Shown here: positions 23,298-34,228 of the stretch, one piece after another | How positions within the stretch are numbered: the stretch's first letter is position 1 | Layout of the letters: every line of letters starts with the position of its first letter | Source of the DNA: Deltaproteobacteria bacterium | Lineage (GTDB): Bacteria > Myxococcota > JACRCW01 | Length of the DNA: 64,000 nucleotides | Reading direction: 5' to 3' | NCBI GenBank assembly: GCA_016218805.1 | Contig: JACRCW010000031.1 | Location: 1 to 64,000 of the forward strand | Notes under the pieces: model-generated | Databases searched by the model: none | Told to the model about the DNA's origin: nothing | What the model saw: only the letters and a program-made list of their open reading frames with translations | Made by a program: the position numbers and the translations under genes

Positions 23298-25100
23298 ATG
23301 CGCTACGCCCTGATTGCCCTGCTTTCCCCGTTTCTTTTCGCCTGTGGCTCATCACCCTGCCCCGCCGGCACGCGTCCCTGGCATCAGCCCCGCGGTACCG
23401 ACGTGGAACACGGTTGCATCCGGCTGGACCCCGAGGGCGGCTCACAACGCGAGGGCGCCTGGCGCGTGGAGCACGCCGACGGCAGCCGGGACGAGGGGGA
23501 GTACCGCGGCGGCCTCAAGCACGGGATGTGGCGGCGCGTACTCGCCGGCGGCGGCACCGGCGCGCTGGGCATGTTTGTCGACGGGCTGGAGGAGGGGCCG
23601 TGGGAGGTGTCTGATGAGACGGGACGCAAGGTGGAGGACATCCCGTACCTCAAGGGTCAGCGTCACGGCGTCTACCAGCGGTTTCACGCCAACGGCGTCA
23701 TCGCGGAAGACGGCCGCTACGTGCGGGGCCGGCGCGAGGGTCCGTGGACCTGGAAACACGCTCATGGCGGCGTGGAGATGAGCGGGTATTTCTACGCGGA
23801 CCGGCGCGACGGCACGTGGCGCTTTCGCGCGCCCGACGGTCACCTCACGCAGGAGGGCACGTTCCGCGACGGGGAGAAGACCGGTACGTGGGTCACCTAC
23901 CACGACGATGGATCACCCGCGGCGCGCGAGGAGTTTGAGCGCGGCGTCCCCCACGGCGCCTCCGTCACGTACTTTCCCGGCGGCGTGCTCCGCTCCGAAG
24001 GACAGCACGCGCACGGGCAGCACCACGGAGCTTGGCGCACGTGGCATGAGAACGGGAACCTGGCAACGGAGGGCGCGTATGTCGACGGAGCGGAGGACGG
24101 GACGTGGTCCTACTTTGACGATGCCGGCCGCCTGCGCGATCAGGGTGCATTCGAAATGGGCGTCCGGCGGCACCTGTGGCGTTCATTTGATGACGACGGG
24201 CACATGACGCTGCGCCTGGGCGACGCGGTGCTGCCGCCGCCTTCGCGCACGGGCATCATGATTGGCATTCCGCGGGCGGACGGCACCGTGCTTGCCAACC
24301 TGGAGCGCCTTGCCGAACCGGGAACGCTGTACTGGGTCCACCAGTCCATTGGCGTGCGCGTGCCCGCGGTGTTGACGGACGTGCGGGAGGGGAACGCGTA
24401 TCCCGGCGCGGACCCGCGCCTGGATTCCCGCGCCATGGGCGTGTTGCTCCCGGAGCGGCCGTTGGCGCCGCCGGCGCTGGGCGTGGCTACGCACGTGGTG
24501 CTGGTGACGGAGGGCAACCCCGCGCCCAGTCCGCTGGAACGCACCTACGCCATGACGGAGAACCCGCCGCTGGGCGGCGCGCTTGGCCAACAGGTGCAGG
24601 CGCTGGTGGACGCGGCGGTGGCCCGCGAACTGGACACCTGGCGGCGCGCTGGCCCGCCCGCGTGGGTGCACGCCGACGCCACCGCCCTGAAGCGTGCACT
24701 CAAGAAGCGCGGTGGTGCGGGCGTGCCGCGGGACGTGCACCTGGTGCGCGCGGACCTGGAGGGCGACCGCGCCTTCCTGCACGCGGGTGTGACCGCGTAC
24801 CTGGGTGGAGCGCCGGTGCTGCTGCTGTCCGTGGACATGATGGCCGAGGGCGGCCGCGTGTCCAGTTGGAACGTGGACGCGCGGGATTCCGCGCTGTTGG
24901 AATCCGCGGAGATCCTACCGGACCAGCGCGTGACGCCGCCCGCCCCGGAGGCGCTGTTTGACGTCGACAATGACGGGCGGCCGGAGCTGGTGCGCGTGGT
25001 GACGCGGGACACCGCGGCGCTGCTCGGCGTGTACGAACTCCAAACGCACCATCCCGGGCTGTTCACGGACGCGGTGCTGGAGCAGCACTATGGCTTCTGA
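23298..25100 (+). CDS. MORN-variant repeat (YwqK-like) lipoprotein
   Basis: Lipobox FLFAC, about 10 repeats of GxWxx[YW]HxxG...EGxY, and a C-terminal DVDNDGRPEL motif. Confidence 0.8.
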   Translation: MRYALIALLSPFLFACGSSPCPAGTRPWHQPRGTDVEHGCIRLDPEGGSQREGAWRVEHADGSRDEGEYRGGLKHGMWRRVLAGGGTGALGMFVDGLEEGPWEVSDETGRKVEDIPYLKGQRHGVYQRFHANGVIAEDGRYVRGRREGPWTWKHAHGGVEMSGYFYADRRDGTWRFRAPDGHLTQEGTFRDGEKTGTWVTYHDDGSPAAREEFERGVPHGASVTYFPGGVLRSEGQHAHGQHHGAWRTWHENGNLATEGAYVDGAEDGTWSYFDDAGRLRDQGAFEMGVRRHLWRSFDDDGHMTLRLGDAVLPPPSRTGIMIGIPRADGTVLANLERLAEPGTLYWVHQSIGVRVPAVLTDVREGNAYPGADPRLDSRAMGVLLPERPLAPPALGVATHVVLVTEGNPAPSPLERTYAMTENPPLGGALGQQVQALVDAAVARELDTWRRAGPPAWVHADATALKRALKKRGGAGVPRDVHLVRADLEGDRAFLHAGVTAYLGGAPVLLLSVDMMAEGGRVSSWNVDARDSALLESAEILPDQRVTPPAPEALFDVDNDGRPELVRVVTRDTAALLGVYELQTHHPGLFTDAVLEQHYGF

Positions 25101-25329
25101 AGCGGCGAGGACTCGCGCGGAAACCCCGCGCAGGAACCGTCGGCGGCATTCGGCCGTGGACGGCGCCTGGCATGGGAGAGGGACCAGGAATGGCTCGGAC
25201 CAAATCACTGCATTCCGCCATCTCCGGCCTCCTGCCCCGACGGCGCCCCAGGGGGGCGGACGTTCCCTCCGCATGGGAGGGGCGCAGAGGGAACTCCTCC
25301 CGCGCGGGGTCCCGCGAAAGCCCTTGAAA

Positions 25330-26520
25330 TCACCGCGCCGCTTCGCGCCGGAGGAACGTGGGGATATCCAGCTCGCCGTCCTCCACCGGGTCCAGGATGA
25401 TCGGGTCAATGGACGCGCGCGTCTCGCGCAGCGGCTTGACGTTGGCCATCGGCGTGGACGGGAGGCTGTCCCACGTGGCGCGTGCGGCCACCGGCAGTTC
25501 CGCCTTGGGCTCATGGCGCGCGGCCGGGAGCGGCGGCGGCGTGGCCGGCTGGCGCCGGGCGCCCGCGCGCTCAAAACCCGTGGCAATCACGGTCATCTTG
25601 ATCTCGTCATCCATGGTCTCATCAATCACGGCGCCAAAGATGATGTTTGCGTCGTCGTCCGCGGCCTCCTGGATGAGGCTGGCCGCGGCGTTGACCTCCA
25701 CCAGCGTGAGGTTGTTGCCGCCGGTGATGTTGATGAGGATGCCCGTGGCCCCGTCAATGGAGATGTCCTCCAGCAGCGGGCTGCTGATGGCCATGTGCGC
25801 GGCCTCCAGCGCGCGCTTGTCACCGCGCGCCTTGCCCGTGCCCATCAACGCCAGCCCCTGGTCCTTCATGATCGTCTTCACGTCGGCAAAATCCACGTTG
25901 ATCATCCCGTGCACGGTGATGAGTTCGCTGATGCCGGCCACCGCCTGCAGCAGCACGTCATCCGCCATCTTGAAGCTGTCCAGGATGGAGGTGCCGGGCT
26001 GCGCCAGTGCCACCAGGCGCTGGTTGGGGATGGTGATGAGCGTGTCCACCGCGCTCTTGAGGCTGGCAATGCCCTCCTCCGCCTGGCGGCGGCGGCGGTT
26101 GCCCTCAAACATGAACGGCTTGGTGACCACGCCCACGGTGAGGATGCCCATGTCCCGCGCAATCTGCGCAATGACAGGCGCGCCGCCGGTGCCGGTGCCG
26201 CCGCCCATGCCCGCGGTGACAAACACCATGTCCGCGCCCTGCAGCAGTTCCTCAATGCGGTCCCGGTCCTCCAGCGCGGCCTCACGGCCAATCTCCGGGT
26301 TGGCGCCGGCGCCCAGACCCTTGGTCAGGTTCTGGCCAATCTGGATCTTCACCGGCGCGGGGTTGGCGGTCAGCGCCTGGATATCCGTATTGGCGATGAT
26401 GAATTCCACGCCTTCCAGGCCGCACTGGATCATCGTCTTGACGGCGTTGCAGCCGCCGCCGCCAACGCCGACCACCTTGATGTTTGCGCCCTGGGAACCC
26501 GTCTCTTCGAACTGGATCAT
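25330..26520 (-). CDS. ftsZ: Cell division protein FtsZ
   Basis: [19 protein letters not shown] and INVDFADV motifs; C-terminal DIPTFLR. Confidence 0.99.
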   Translation of the reverse strand: MIQFEETGSQGANIKVVGVGGGGCNAVKTMIQCGLEGVEFIIANTDIQALTANPAPVKIQIGQNLTKGLGAGANPEIGREAALEDRDRIEELLQGADMVFVTAGMGGGTGTGGAPVIAQIARDMGILTVGVVTKPFMFEGNRRRRQAEEGIASLKSAVDTLITIPNQRLVALAQPGTSILDSFKMADDVLLQAVAGISELITVHGMINVDFADVKTIMKDQGLALMGTGKARGDKRALEAAHMAISSPLLEDISIDGATGILINITGGNNLTLVEVNAAASLIQEAADDDANIIFGAVIDETMDDEIKMTVIATGFERAGARRQPATPPPLPAARHEPKAELPVAARATWDSLPSTPMANVKPLRETRASIDPIILDPVEDGELDIPTFLRREAAR

Positions 26521-26617
26521 CTGCTTTCTCTCCCTTTGGCCGCTCCCGCGGCCGTTCTCGCGTCCCGTCGCTCCCGGCTCAGGGCACGCGGCTTCTGTGA
26601 ATGTGAATTCGGTGGAT

Positions 26618-27844
26618 TCAGAACACGTCCCGGAACCACTGCTGCATGCGCCCGATGACTTTGTCGTAGACGTTGTCCTCGCGGACCCTGAAATGCCGGC
26701 TGTCCATGTTCTTCATGCCGTGCTGCACCAACCCCACGCCGGTGGCGTACATGGGGCTCTTCACCACGTCCACAAGGCCACCAATCCCGCGGGGCACCCC
26801 GCGGCGCACCGGCAGCGCCATGACGTCTTCCGCCAGCTCCGCCATGCCTTCCAGAAGTGTGCTGCCGCCGGTGATGACCACGCCCGCGCCCAGCGGAATG
26901 TCCCGGCACACCGCTTCAATGTCGCGCTTGGCCAGCTCAAAGATCTCGTCCACGCGCGGCTCAATGATCTCCGTCAGGATCTGCCGCGGGAGGATGCGCG
27001 CGGGGCGGTTGCCCACGGACGGCACTTCAATGGTCTCACCCTTTTCCACCATGGATGCCACCGCGCAGCCGTAGCGCTGCTTGATGCGTTCCGCGTCGTT
27101 GGCGGGGGTGCGCAGGCCCACGGCAATGTCATTGGTCAGGTGGTTGCCGCCCAACGTGAGCACGCTGGTGTGGACAATGGCGCCGGCGTGATAGACGGCG
27201 ATGTCCGTGGTGCCGCCGCCAATGTCAATGAGCGCGACGCCGAGTTCCTTCTCCTCATCCGTGAGCACCGCCTCCGCGCTGGCCAGCGGCTGCAGGACAA
27301 TGTCCGAGACGGACAGCCCGCAGCGCTGCGCACACCGGATGATGTTCTGCGCGTTGGCCACGGCCCCCGTGACAATGTGGACCTTGGCCTCCAGCCGCAC
27401 GCCGCACATCCCAATGGGGTCCTTGATGCCGTCCTGGCCGTCCACCACAAACTCCTGCGGCAGCACGTGGATGACCTCGCGGTCCATCGGGATCGCAATG
27501 GCCTTGGCCGCGTCAATCACGCGGCGCACGTCCGTCTCCCGAATCTCCTTGTCCTTGACCGCCACGGTCCCGTGGCTGTTCACGCCCTTGATGTGCCCGC
27601 CGGCAATGCCCGTGTTGACCGACTGGATTTCCACGCCCGCCATCAATTCGGCCTCTTCCACGGCCTTCTTGATGGCGCCCACGGTCGCCTCCACGTTGAT
27701 GACGGCGCCCTTCTTCAGCCCGCGTGACGGGTGGGTGCCGATACCGATGATATCGATGCCGTGCTCCCGCACTTCACCGACAATCGCGGCAATCTTGGTG
27801 GTGCCGATGTCAAGGCCCACGACGACGTTGGAATGTCTTGCCAT
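26618..27844 (-). CDS. ftsA: Cell division protein FtsA
   Basis: [18 protein letters not shown] and ITGG motifs; C-terminal amphipathic WFRDVF. Confidence 0.98.
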   Translation of the reverse strand: MARHSNVVVGLDIGTTKIAAIVGEVREHGIDIIGIGTHPSRGLKKGAVINVEATVGAIKKAVEEAELMAGVEIQSVNTGIAGGHIKGVNSHGTVAVKDKEIRETDVRRVIDAAKAIAIPMDREVIHVLPQEFVVDGQDGIKDPIGMCGVRLEAKVHIVTGAVANAQNIIRCAQRCGLSVSDIVLQPLASAEAVLTDEEKELGVALIDIGGGTTDIAVYHAGAIVHTSVLTLGGNHLTNDIAVGLRTPANDAERIKQRYGCAVASMVEKGETIEVPSVGNRPARILPRQILTEIIEPRVDEIFELAKRDIEAVCRDIPLGAGVVITGGSTLLEGMAELAEDVMALPVRRGVPRGIGGLVDVVKSPMYATGVGLVQHGMKNMDSRHFRVREDNVYDKVIGRMQQWFRDVF

Positions 27845-27888
27845 GCTCCAGACCTCCCTTGCTCTGCGGGCTACCGCCGCTCGGCGTT

Positions 27889-28719
27889 TCACGGGGCGGC
27901 GCGCCTCCCAGCCGCCGCCGTGGTTTCACCCGCCGCCGCCAGCACGGGGGTATTGAGCTGTACCGCCACCCGTTCCGGATGACGGCCGTTGTCCAGGAAA
28001 ACCCTTGAAATTGACTGGCCCGCCCGCTTGACGTGCGCCTCCAGCGCGGCCAGGCGTTGCAGCCTGCCCGCCAGGTCACCGCGGCCCAGCACCACCTCCA
28101 CCAGCGGCGAGCCCAGCCGCAGGATGACGCCGTAGGTGGGGTCCACTTCCACCTCGGACACCTCCGCGGCGGGCCGTCCGGCCTGTGCGTGCGCGTGCAG
28201 CGCGGCCACCGCCTCCCGCAGCAGGGCCTCGGCGCGCGCGGGATCGTCCTGGAAATGATCACGGGGAATTCCCGTGACCACCGGAAGGTCCATCGCCTCG
28301 CCCGCCTGCGTGCGGCGGAACATGCGTGCGTCCTGGTTGACCACGTACACGCCGTTGCCCACGGCCACCGTCGCCACGGGCCGGTGTTCGGTCACGTTGA
28401 TCGCAATGGTCTGTGGCGGCACGCGCTGAACCATGGCGCTGGCCAGGTGGGGATGGCGCAGCACGGCGCGCTGGATGGACTCCGTGTTGACCCGGTACAG
28501 GCTCGCGCCCATGGGGACCTGCGCGTAGTCCAGCACCTCCTCCGCGCCCACCTGCTCCGTGCCGGTCACCTCCACCTTCTTGACCACCAGGTACTCCTGC
28601 TCCCGCACCAGCCGGTAGGCCAGCAGGCCGCTGCCCACGGCAGCTGAGAAGGCGAGCCCCAGCTGGAAGGCCTTGAGGACCTTCCTCCACGGGCTGCGGC
28701 GGGTGCGGCGGCGGTTCAT
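27889..28719 (-). CDS. ftsQ: Cell division protein FtsQ/DivIB
   Basis: Basic N-terminus, one TM segment and a POTRA-like domain; lies between ddl and ftsA. Confidence 0.88.
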   Translation of the reverse strand: MNRRRTRRSPWRKVLKAFQLGLAFSAAVGSGLLAYRLVREQEYLVVKKVEVTGTEQVGAEEVLDYAQVPMGASLYRVNTESIQRAVLRHPHLASAMVQRVPPQTIAINVTEHRPVATVAVGNGVYVVNQDARMFRRTQAGEAMDLPVVTGIPRDHFQDDPARAEALLREAVAALHAHAQAGRPAAEVSEVEVDPTYGVILRLGSPLVEVVLGRGDLAGRLQRLAALEAHVKRAGQSISRVFLDNGRHPERVAVQLNTPVLAAAGETTAAAGRRAAP

Positions 28720-28727
28720 CGTTTCGC

Positions 28728-29648
28728 TCAGGCCTTCAGCGACGCGCCGTTGACCAGGCGCTCGCACAGTTCGGTGAAGGAGATGCCCTCGCCCGCGGCG
28801 ATCTTCGGCAGCAGCGAGGCCTCAGTCATGCCGGGCAGCGTGTTCACTTCCAGGAGGAACGGTTCACCCGCCTCCGTGACCAGGAAGTCCGCGCGGCTGG
28901 CGCCATCACAGCCCAGTGCCGCGTGCGCGCGCGCACCCAATTCCATGAGTTTCCGGGCAACGTCCGCCGGGATGCGCGCGGGGTAGTGATACCGCGTCCC
29001 AATGTTCCCGTATTTCGCCTTGTAGCTGTAGAACTCGTCAGCCGGCTCAATCTCCACGACGCCGAGCGACTTGCCGAACAGCACCGCCACGGAGCACTCG
29101 CGGCCCTTCACGTACTGTTCCACGATCGTGTGGTGCCCGTGCTTCGCCGCCTCGGTGAGAGCCGCGGGCAGGTCCTCCGCCTTCTTCACCAGGGACACGC
29201 CCACGCTGCTGCCTTCGCGGGACGGTTTCACCACGCACGGCACGCCAAACGGGATGCGGGCCAGCGTGACCTGCTCCGCCTCTGCCGCGGGGACCTCCAA
29301 GCCCGCGGGCATGGGCACACCCGCGCGCGGCATGAGCACGCGCGTCAGCACCTTGTCCATGGCCAGCCCGGACGCCAGCACGCCGCTGCCGGTGTACGGG
29401 ATTCCCATGCATTCCAGCAGCCCCTGGATGCAGCCGTCCTCGCCCCACCGGCCGTGCAGGGCCACAAACGCAACTTCAACCTTCTCCTGCAGCAGCTTGC
29501 CGCCCACGTCGCGGCCCACGTCAATGAGCACGCTGTTGCGTCCGTGCCGCGACAACGCGTCGTGGACGGCCTTGCCGGTACGCAAGGACACGTCGCGTTC
29601 GGAGCTCATGCCGCCGTAAAGCACGCCAATCCGCTTTTCAACGTTCAT
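28728..29648 (-). CDS. ddl: D-alanine--D-alanine ligase
   Basis: GGMSSERDVSL, LHGRWGEDG, EGSSVG, YSYKAKY and LEVNTLPGMT motifs. Confidence 0.97.
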   Translation of the reverse strand: MNVEKRIGVLYGGMSSERDVSLRTGKAVHDALSRHGRNSVLIDVGRDVGGKLLQEKVEVAFVALHGRWGEDGCIQGLLECMGIPYTGSGVLASGLAMDKVLTRVLMPRAGVPMPAGLEVPAAEAEQVTLARIPFGVPCVVKPSREGSSVGVSLVKKAEDLPAALTEAAKHGHHTIVEQYVKGRECSVAVLFGKSLGVVEIEPADEFYSYKAKYGNIGTRYHYPARIPADVARKLMELGARAHAALGCDGASRADFLVTEAGEPFLLEVNTLPGMTEASLLPKIAAGEGISFTELCERLVNGASLKA

Positions 29649-30577
29649 TGGAACTCTCCAATCCGCCGGACTTCCCATTCCAGTTCAACGCTGGTCCGCT
29701 CGCGGACGCGCGTCCGGGCCAGCTCCGCCAGTGCCACCACGTCCGCCGCTGTGGCACCGCCGGTGTTGACAATGAAGTTTGCGTGCACGGGGCTGATGAC
29801 CGCGCCGCCCTGCCGCGCGCCCTTGAGCCCCGTCTCTTCAATCAGCTTCCCCGCAGACCCGCCGGGCGGGTTCTTGAAGATTGACCCCGCTGAATGCTCG
29901 CGCGGTTGACTGCGCTTGCGGCGCAGCAGCGCCTGGTGTCCCCGCTCCTCCACGTACGCCGCGCGCGCGGGGTCCGCGCTGTCACACCGCAACACCGCGG
30001 AGAGGATGAGTGCGCCGCGCGGAAACGCGCTCTTGCGGTACTCAAACCCGCACTGCGCGCGGATGAACGTGGTCGCGTGCCCGTCGACGATCAAACGCAC
30101 GCTTTCCACCACTTCGCCAATCTCGCCCTCGCGGCTGCCGGCGTTCATCACCAGCGCGCCGCCCACGGTGCCGGGCGTGCCCACCCAGCCGTCACTGCGT
30201 TCCCAGCCCAGGGCCATGCACACCTTGGTCAACCGCGGGAACGGCGCACCGGCGCCCACGTCCACGCGGCGGCCGTCGTCAGTCACCAGCACCTGGGACA
30301 GCCGGCCCGCCAGGCGCAGGACAATTCCGCGCACGCCGCGGTCCGCCACCAGCACGTTGGATCCGCCGCCCAGCAGCGTCACCGGCACGGCCAACTCCGC
30401 CGCCACCGCCACCGCCTCCACCGCGTCAGCCTCGGAGCGCGGTTCCACCACCAGGTCCGCGGCCCCGCCAATGCGGAACGTGGTCAGCGGCGCCAGCGGC
30501 ACGTCGGCCCGGCACGGGGCCTTCACCCGCGCCTGGTACTCGTCCCGCCACGTCGTGGTCACCATGGCCGTCCTCAT
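29645..30577 (-). CDS. murB: UDP-N-acetylmuramate dehydrogenase
   Basis: [36 protein letters not shown] and HANFIVN motifs. Confidence 0.96.
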   Translation of the reverse strand: MRTAMVTTTWRDEYQARVKAPCRADVPLAPLTTFRIGGAADLVVEPRSEADAVEAVAVAAELAVPVTLLGGGSNVLVADRGVRGIVLRLAGRLSQVLVTDDGRRVDVGAGAPFPRLTKVCMALGWERSDGWVGTPGTVGGALVMNAGSREGEIGEVVESVRLIVDGHATTFIRAQCGFEYRKSAFPRGALILSAVLRCDSADPARAAYVEERGHQALLRRKRSQPREHSAGSIFKNPPGGSAGKLIEETGLKGARQGGAVISPVHANFIVNTGGATAADVVALAELARTRVRERTSVELEWEVRRIGEFQ

Positions 30578-31989
30578 GCTTTCCCCGCCCGCACACCCAG
30601 CGCGTGCACCAGTTCCTCGCCTACGTGCGTGATGTCGCCGGCACCCTGGGTGAGCACAATGTCCCCCGCCTTCAGCAGCGCCAGCGCGTCGTCGCGCAGG
30701 CGGTTGCGGCGCACGTAGCGCACATCACGGTGTCCGTGGGATTTCGCGGCATTCGCCAGCGCCTCGCCGCTGACGCCCTCAATGGGGTCCTCGCTCGCGG
30801 CATAGATATCCGTGATAACCACCACGTCCGCATCATTGAAACAGGTGGCAAACTCCTCCAGCAGCGCCTGCGTCCGCGTGTAGCGGTGCGGCTGGAACAG
30901 GACCACCACGCGCTTGTCGGGGAACGCCTTGCGCGCACCGGCCAGCGTCGCCTGGATTTCCGTCGGGTGGTGCCCGTAGTCGTCCACCACCACCACACCG
31001 TCCGCCTCGCCGCGGATGGTGAACCGGCGCTGCACGCCCGCAAACGACTTCAGCGCTTCCACCGTCTTGGCAAACGGAATCTCCAGCTCATCCGCCAGGG
31101 CCACCACGGCCAGCGCGTTCTGCACGTTGTGGAGGCCCACCATGCTGAGGGACACGTCACCCAGGCGCTCGCCGCGGCGGATGACCTCAAACCGTGACGT
31201 CATCCCGTCCAGTTCCACCTTCGCGGCGCGGTACTCGGCCTGTGCGGACAGCCCGTAGGTCACGTGGCGCCGGGTGATGCGCGGGATGATGGCCTGCACG
31301 TGCGCGTTGTCCAGGCACAGGATGGCCAGGCCATAGAAGGGAATGCGGTTCACAAACTCCGTGAATCCGTCCCGGATGGCCGGCATGCCGCCCTTCCAGA
31401 AATCCAGGTGTTCCGGGTCCATGTTGGTGACCACGGCAATGGTCGGCGACAGCTTGAGGAAGCTGCCGTCGCTCTCGTCCGCTTCCGCCACCAGGTACGG
31501 GCCCTGGCCCAGCTTGGCGTTGGTCCCCAGCAGGTTCACCTTGCCGCCAATGATGACCGTGGGGTCCAGCCCCGCGGTGGACAGCACGTGCGCCGCCAGC
31601 GACGTGGTGGACGTCTTGCCGTGCATGCCCGCCACCGCAATGCCCGCCTTCATGCGCATCAGCTCGGCCAGCATCTCCGCGCGGGGAATCACCGGGATTC
31701 CCCGCTCACGGGCCCCCTTCACCTCCGGGTTGTCCGGCCGCACCGCGGTGCTCACCACCACCACGTCCGCCATGCCGGCCTCGTCAGCCAGGTTGTCCGC
31801 GGAGTGGCCAATGCCAATCCGCGCGCCGAGCGACCGCAGGCGCTTGGTGGTGTCACTTTCTTTGACGTCAGAGCCGGTGATGGTAAAACCCTGGTTCAGG
31901 AGAATCTCAGCAATACCGGACATGCCGATACCGCCGATCCCAACGAAATGGATGCGCTTGAGCCTGCGCCGGTAGAGGCTTCCAATCAT
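30574..31989 (-). CDS. murC: UDP-N-acetylmuramate--L-alanine ligase
   Basis: [30 protein letters not shown] and [10 protein letters not shown] motifs. Confidence 0.98.
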   Translation of the reverse strand: MIGSLYRRRLKRIHFVGIGGIGMSGIAEILLNQGFTITGSDVKESDTTKRLRSLGARIGIGHSADNLADEAGMADVVVVSTAVRPDNPEVKGARERGIPVIPRAEMLAELMRMKAGIAVAGMHGKTSTTSLAAHVLSTAGLDPTVIIGGKVNLLGTNAKLGQGPYLVAEADESDGSFLKLSPTIAVVTNMDPEHLDFWKGGMPAIRDGFTEFVNRIPFYGLAILCLDNAHVQAIIPRITRRHVTYGLSAQAEYRAAKVELDGMTSRFEVIRRGERLGDVSLSMVGLHNVQNALAVVALADELEIPFAKTVEALKSFAGVQRRFTIRGEADGVVVVDDYGHHPTEIQATLAGARKAFPDKRVVVLFQPHRYTRTQALLEEFATCFNDADVVVITDIYAASEDPIEGVSGEALANAAKSHGHRDVRYVRRNRLRDDALALLKAGDIVLTQGAGDITHVGEELVHALGVRAGKA

Positions 31990-33077
31990 GGCTGCACTCC
32001 CGTCGGTGCGGTGGCCCCGGCGCCCGTGACCAGCGCGGCCAGCGCATCCGCAATCTCCTGTGCCGCGCGTGGGCGTCCCAGTGCGCGCGCCTTGTCCGCC
32101 ATCAGTTCCAGCTTTCCCGGCGTTTCCAACAGGTCGCGCACCGTGTTTCCCAGTGTTTCCGCCGTGAGGTCCTTTTCGGCACACAGCACGGCCGCGCCCG
32201 CATCCTGCATTTCGCGGGCGTTGAACGTCTGGTGGTCGTCCGCGGCAAACGGGAACGGAATGAACACCGCGGGCTTTCCCAGCGCGGTCAGCTCGGCCAC
32301 CGTCGTCGCGCCCGCGCGGCAGATGCACAGGCGCGCGGCGGCGTAGGCGGCACCCATGTCGTCAATGAACGCACTGACCTCCGCCTGCACGCCCGCGTCG
32401 GCATAGGCGCGCGTGGTGTCTTCCACGTGCTTCTCGCCCGTCTGGTGCAGCACGGGAATCGGAGGGGTTCCCTTGAACGCAGCCGCCAGCGCGCCGGGAA
32501 CCTTGTCATTCAGCGCCTTGGCGCCCTGGCTGCCGCCAAGCACCAGGATGCCTGTGCCCTGCGCGCCTGCCTTGGCCGCAATGGACGCGCGGATGGGATT
32601 GCCCGCCCGTTCAAACCTCCCTGCCGGGAAGAACGGCCGGTTGGCTTCAAATTGCCCGTAAACGCGCTGCACAAACCGGCCAAGCACCTTGTTGGTCATC
32701 CCCGGAATGGAATTCTGCTCCAGCACCGCGGTCACCAACCCCAGGAGGCGCGCGGTCAGCACCATGGGCCCGGACGCGTACCCGCCCACGCCAACCACGA
32801 CGTCAGGCTGGAACTTCCGGATGATCCCCTGCGCCTGCAGGAACGAACCGGGCAGCCGCCCCAGCGACAGCAGCGTCTTCACCACCCCCATGCGCTTGAG
32901 GCCGGTCACGTTGATGAGTTCCAGCGGAAAGCCCGCCTTTGGGACCGCGCGCACCTCAATGCCGCGCTCCGTCCCCACAAACAGCACTTCCCCCCCGCGC
33001 GCGCGGAACTCCTCAGCCAGCGCAATTCCCGGGTAAAGGTGGCCGCCCGTTCCGCCACCCGCAATGATGAGCCTCAT
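31986..33077 (-). CDS. murG: Undecaprenyl-PP-MurNAc-pentapeptide GlcNAc transferase
   Basis: [32 protein letters not shown] and DHQTFNA motifs. Confidence 0.97.
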   Translation of the reverse strand: MRLIIAGGGTGGHLYPGIALAEEFRARGGEVLFVGTERGIEVRAVPKAGFPLELINVTGLKRMGVVKTLLSLGRLPGSFLQAQGIIRKFQPDVVVGVGGYASGPMVLTARLLGLVTAVLEQNSIPGMTNKVLGRFVQRVYGQFEANRPFFPAGRFERAGNPIRASIAAKAGAQGTGILVLGGSQGAKALNDKVPGALAAAFKGTPPIPVLHQTGEKHVEDTTRAYADAGVQAEVSAFIDDMGAAYAAARLCICRAGATTVAELTALGKPAVFIPFPFAADDHQTFNAREMQDAGAAVLCAEKDLTAETLGNTVRDLLETPGKLELMADKARALGRPRAAQEIADALAALVTGAGATAPTGVQP

Positions 33078-34228
33078 GCGCGCACCCCCAGCGGGCGGAG
33101 CACGCCCACGGTGAAGGTGGGCCGGGAAACCTCGTGTTCCAGCGAATCTCCGGAAAGCCGCAGCAGCACACCGGCCATGAAACAGAACGCAATCAGCGAC
33201 GACCCGCCGTAGGAGACAAACGGCAGCGTGAGGCCCTTGGTGGGCAACAGGCCCATCACCACCGCCATGTTCGTGGCGGCCTGGAGCACAATCAGCGACG
33301 TCAACCCGGCGCACAGGTAACCCTGCGGCGTGGGACCCAGGCGGCGGAACGCGCGCATACCGCGCCAGGCAATGAGCCCAAACAGCCCCACGGTGAGCAT
33401 CACGCCAACCAGGCCCAGTTCCTCGCCAATGATGGCAAAGATGAAGTCCGTGTGCGCGGCCGGGAGAAAGAACAGCTTCTGCTTGCCGGCGCCCAGCCCC
33501 TGCCCCGCCAGCCCGCCGGAACCAAACGAAATGAGGCTCTCCGCCACCTGGTAGCCAATGTCCTGCCGGTGCGCCCACGGGTCCAGGAACGCGAGGATTC
33601 GCTTCATGCGGTAATCACTGCGCATGACCGCAATGACGGCCAACGGGACCCCTGCCCCGAGGGACACCAGCAGGTAGCGCAGCCGCACGCCGCCCAGGAT
33701 CATCAGCAGCCCGGCGAGCAGGAGCAGCACCACCGTGGTCCCAAAGTCCGGTTGCAGCATGAGCAGCGCCCCCATGGCGCCGGGGACCAGGACGTGCGGG
33801 AGGAAGCCGTACTTGAGCGTGCGGATCTGGTCGCGCTGCTTGTAGAGGCTGTACGCCAGGAAATTCAGCAGCGCGAACTTGCACAATTCCGAAGGCTGGA
33901 ATCCCAAAGGCCCGATTTGCAGCCACCGCTGGGCTCCGCCGCCCACGCGCCCTAGCCCGGGGATCTTCACCAGGATCAGCGAAAGGAACGCAATGCCCAG
34001 CGCCGGCAGCGCCACGTCATGCCAGAACTTCACGGGCAGCGCGCTGCCGATGAACAGCGCCACGACCCCCAGCGCCGCGAACGCGCCCTGCCGCTTCAGG
34101 TAGAAATCCGGGTCGCCCAGCTTGGCCGCGGCGTTGACGCTGGAGGCGCTGTAGACCATCACCACGCCCAGTCCCACCAGGCAGAGCACGGCCCACAGCA
34201 GCACCACGTCCAGTGAGCGGCGGTTCAC
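33074..34228 (-). CDS. ftsW: SEDS peptidoglycan glycosyltransferase FtsW
   Basis: MVYSAS, QPSELCK, QPDFGT, AHTDFIFA and LPFVSYGGSS motifs; GTG start overlaps the murD stop. Confidence 0.96.
   Translation of the reverse strand: MNRRSLDVVLLWAVLCLVGLGVVMVYSASSVNAAAKLGDPDFYLKRQGAFAALGVVALFIGSALPVKFWHDVALPALGIAFLSLILVKIPGLGRVGGGAQRWLQIGPLGFQPSELCKFALLNFLAYSLYKQRDQIRTLKYGFLPHVLVPGAMGALLMLQPDFGTTVVLLLLAGLLMILGGVRLRYLLVSLGAGVPLAVIAVMRSDYRMKRILAFLDPWAHRQDIGYQVAESLISFGSGGLAGQGLGAGKQKLFFLPAAHTDFIFAIIGEELGLVGVMLTVGLFGLIAWRGMRAFRRLGPTPQGYLCAGLTSLIVLQAATNMAVVMGLLPTKGLTLPFVSYGGSSLIAFCFMAGVLLRLSGDSLEHEVSRPTFTVGVLRPLGVRA

Noticed and set aside
23298..25100. Toxin-antitoxin system
   Set aside because: The YwqK similarity reflects generic MORN repeats, and no cognate toxin is adjacent.
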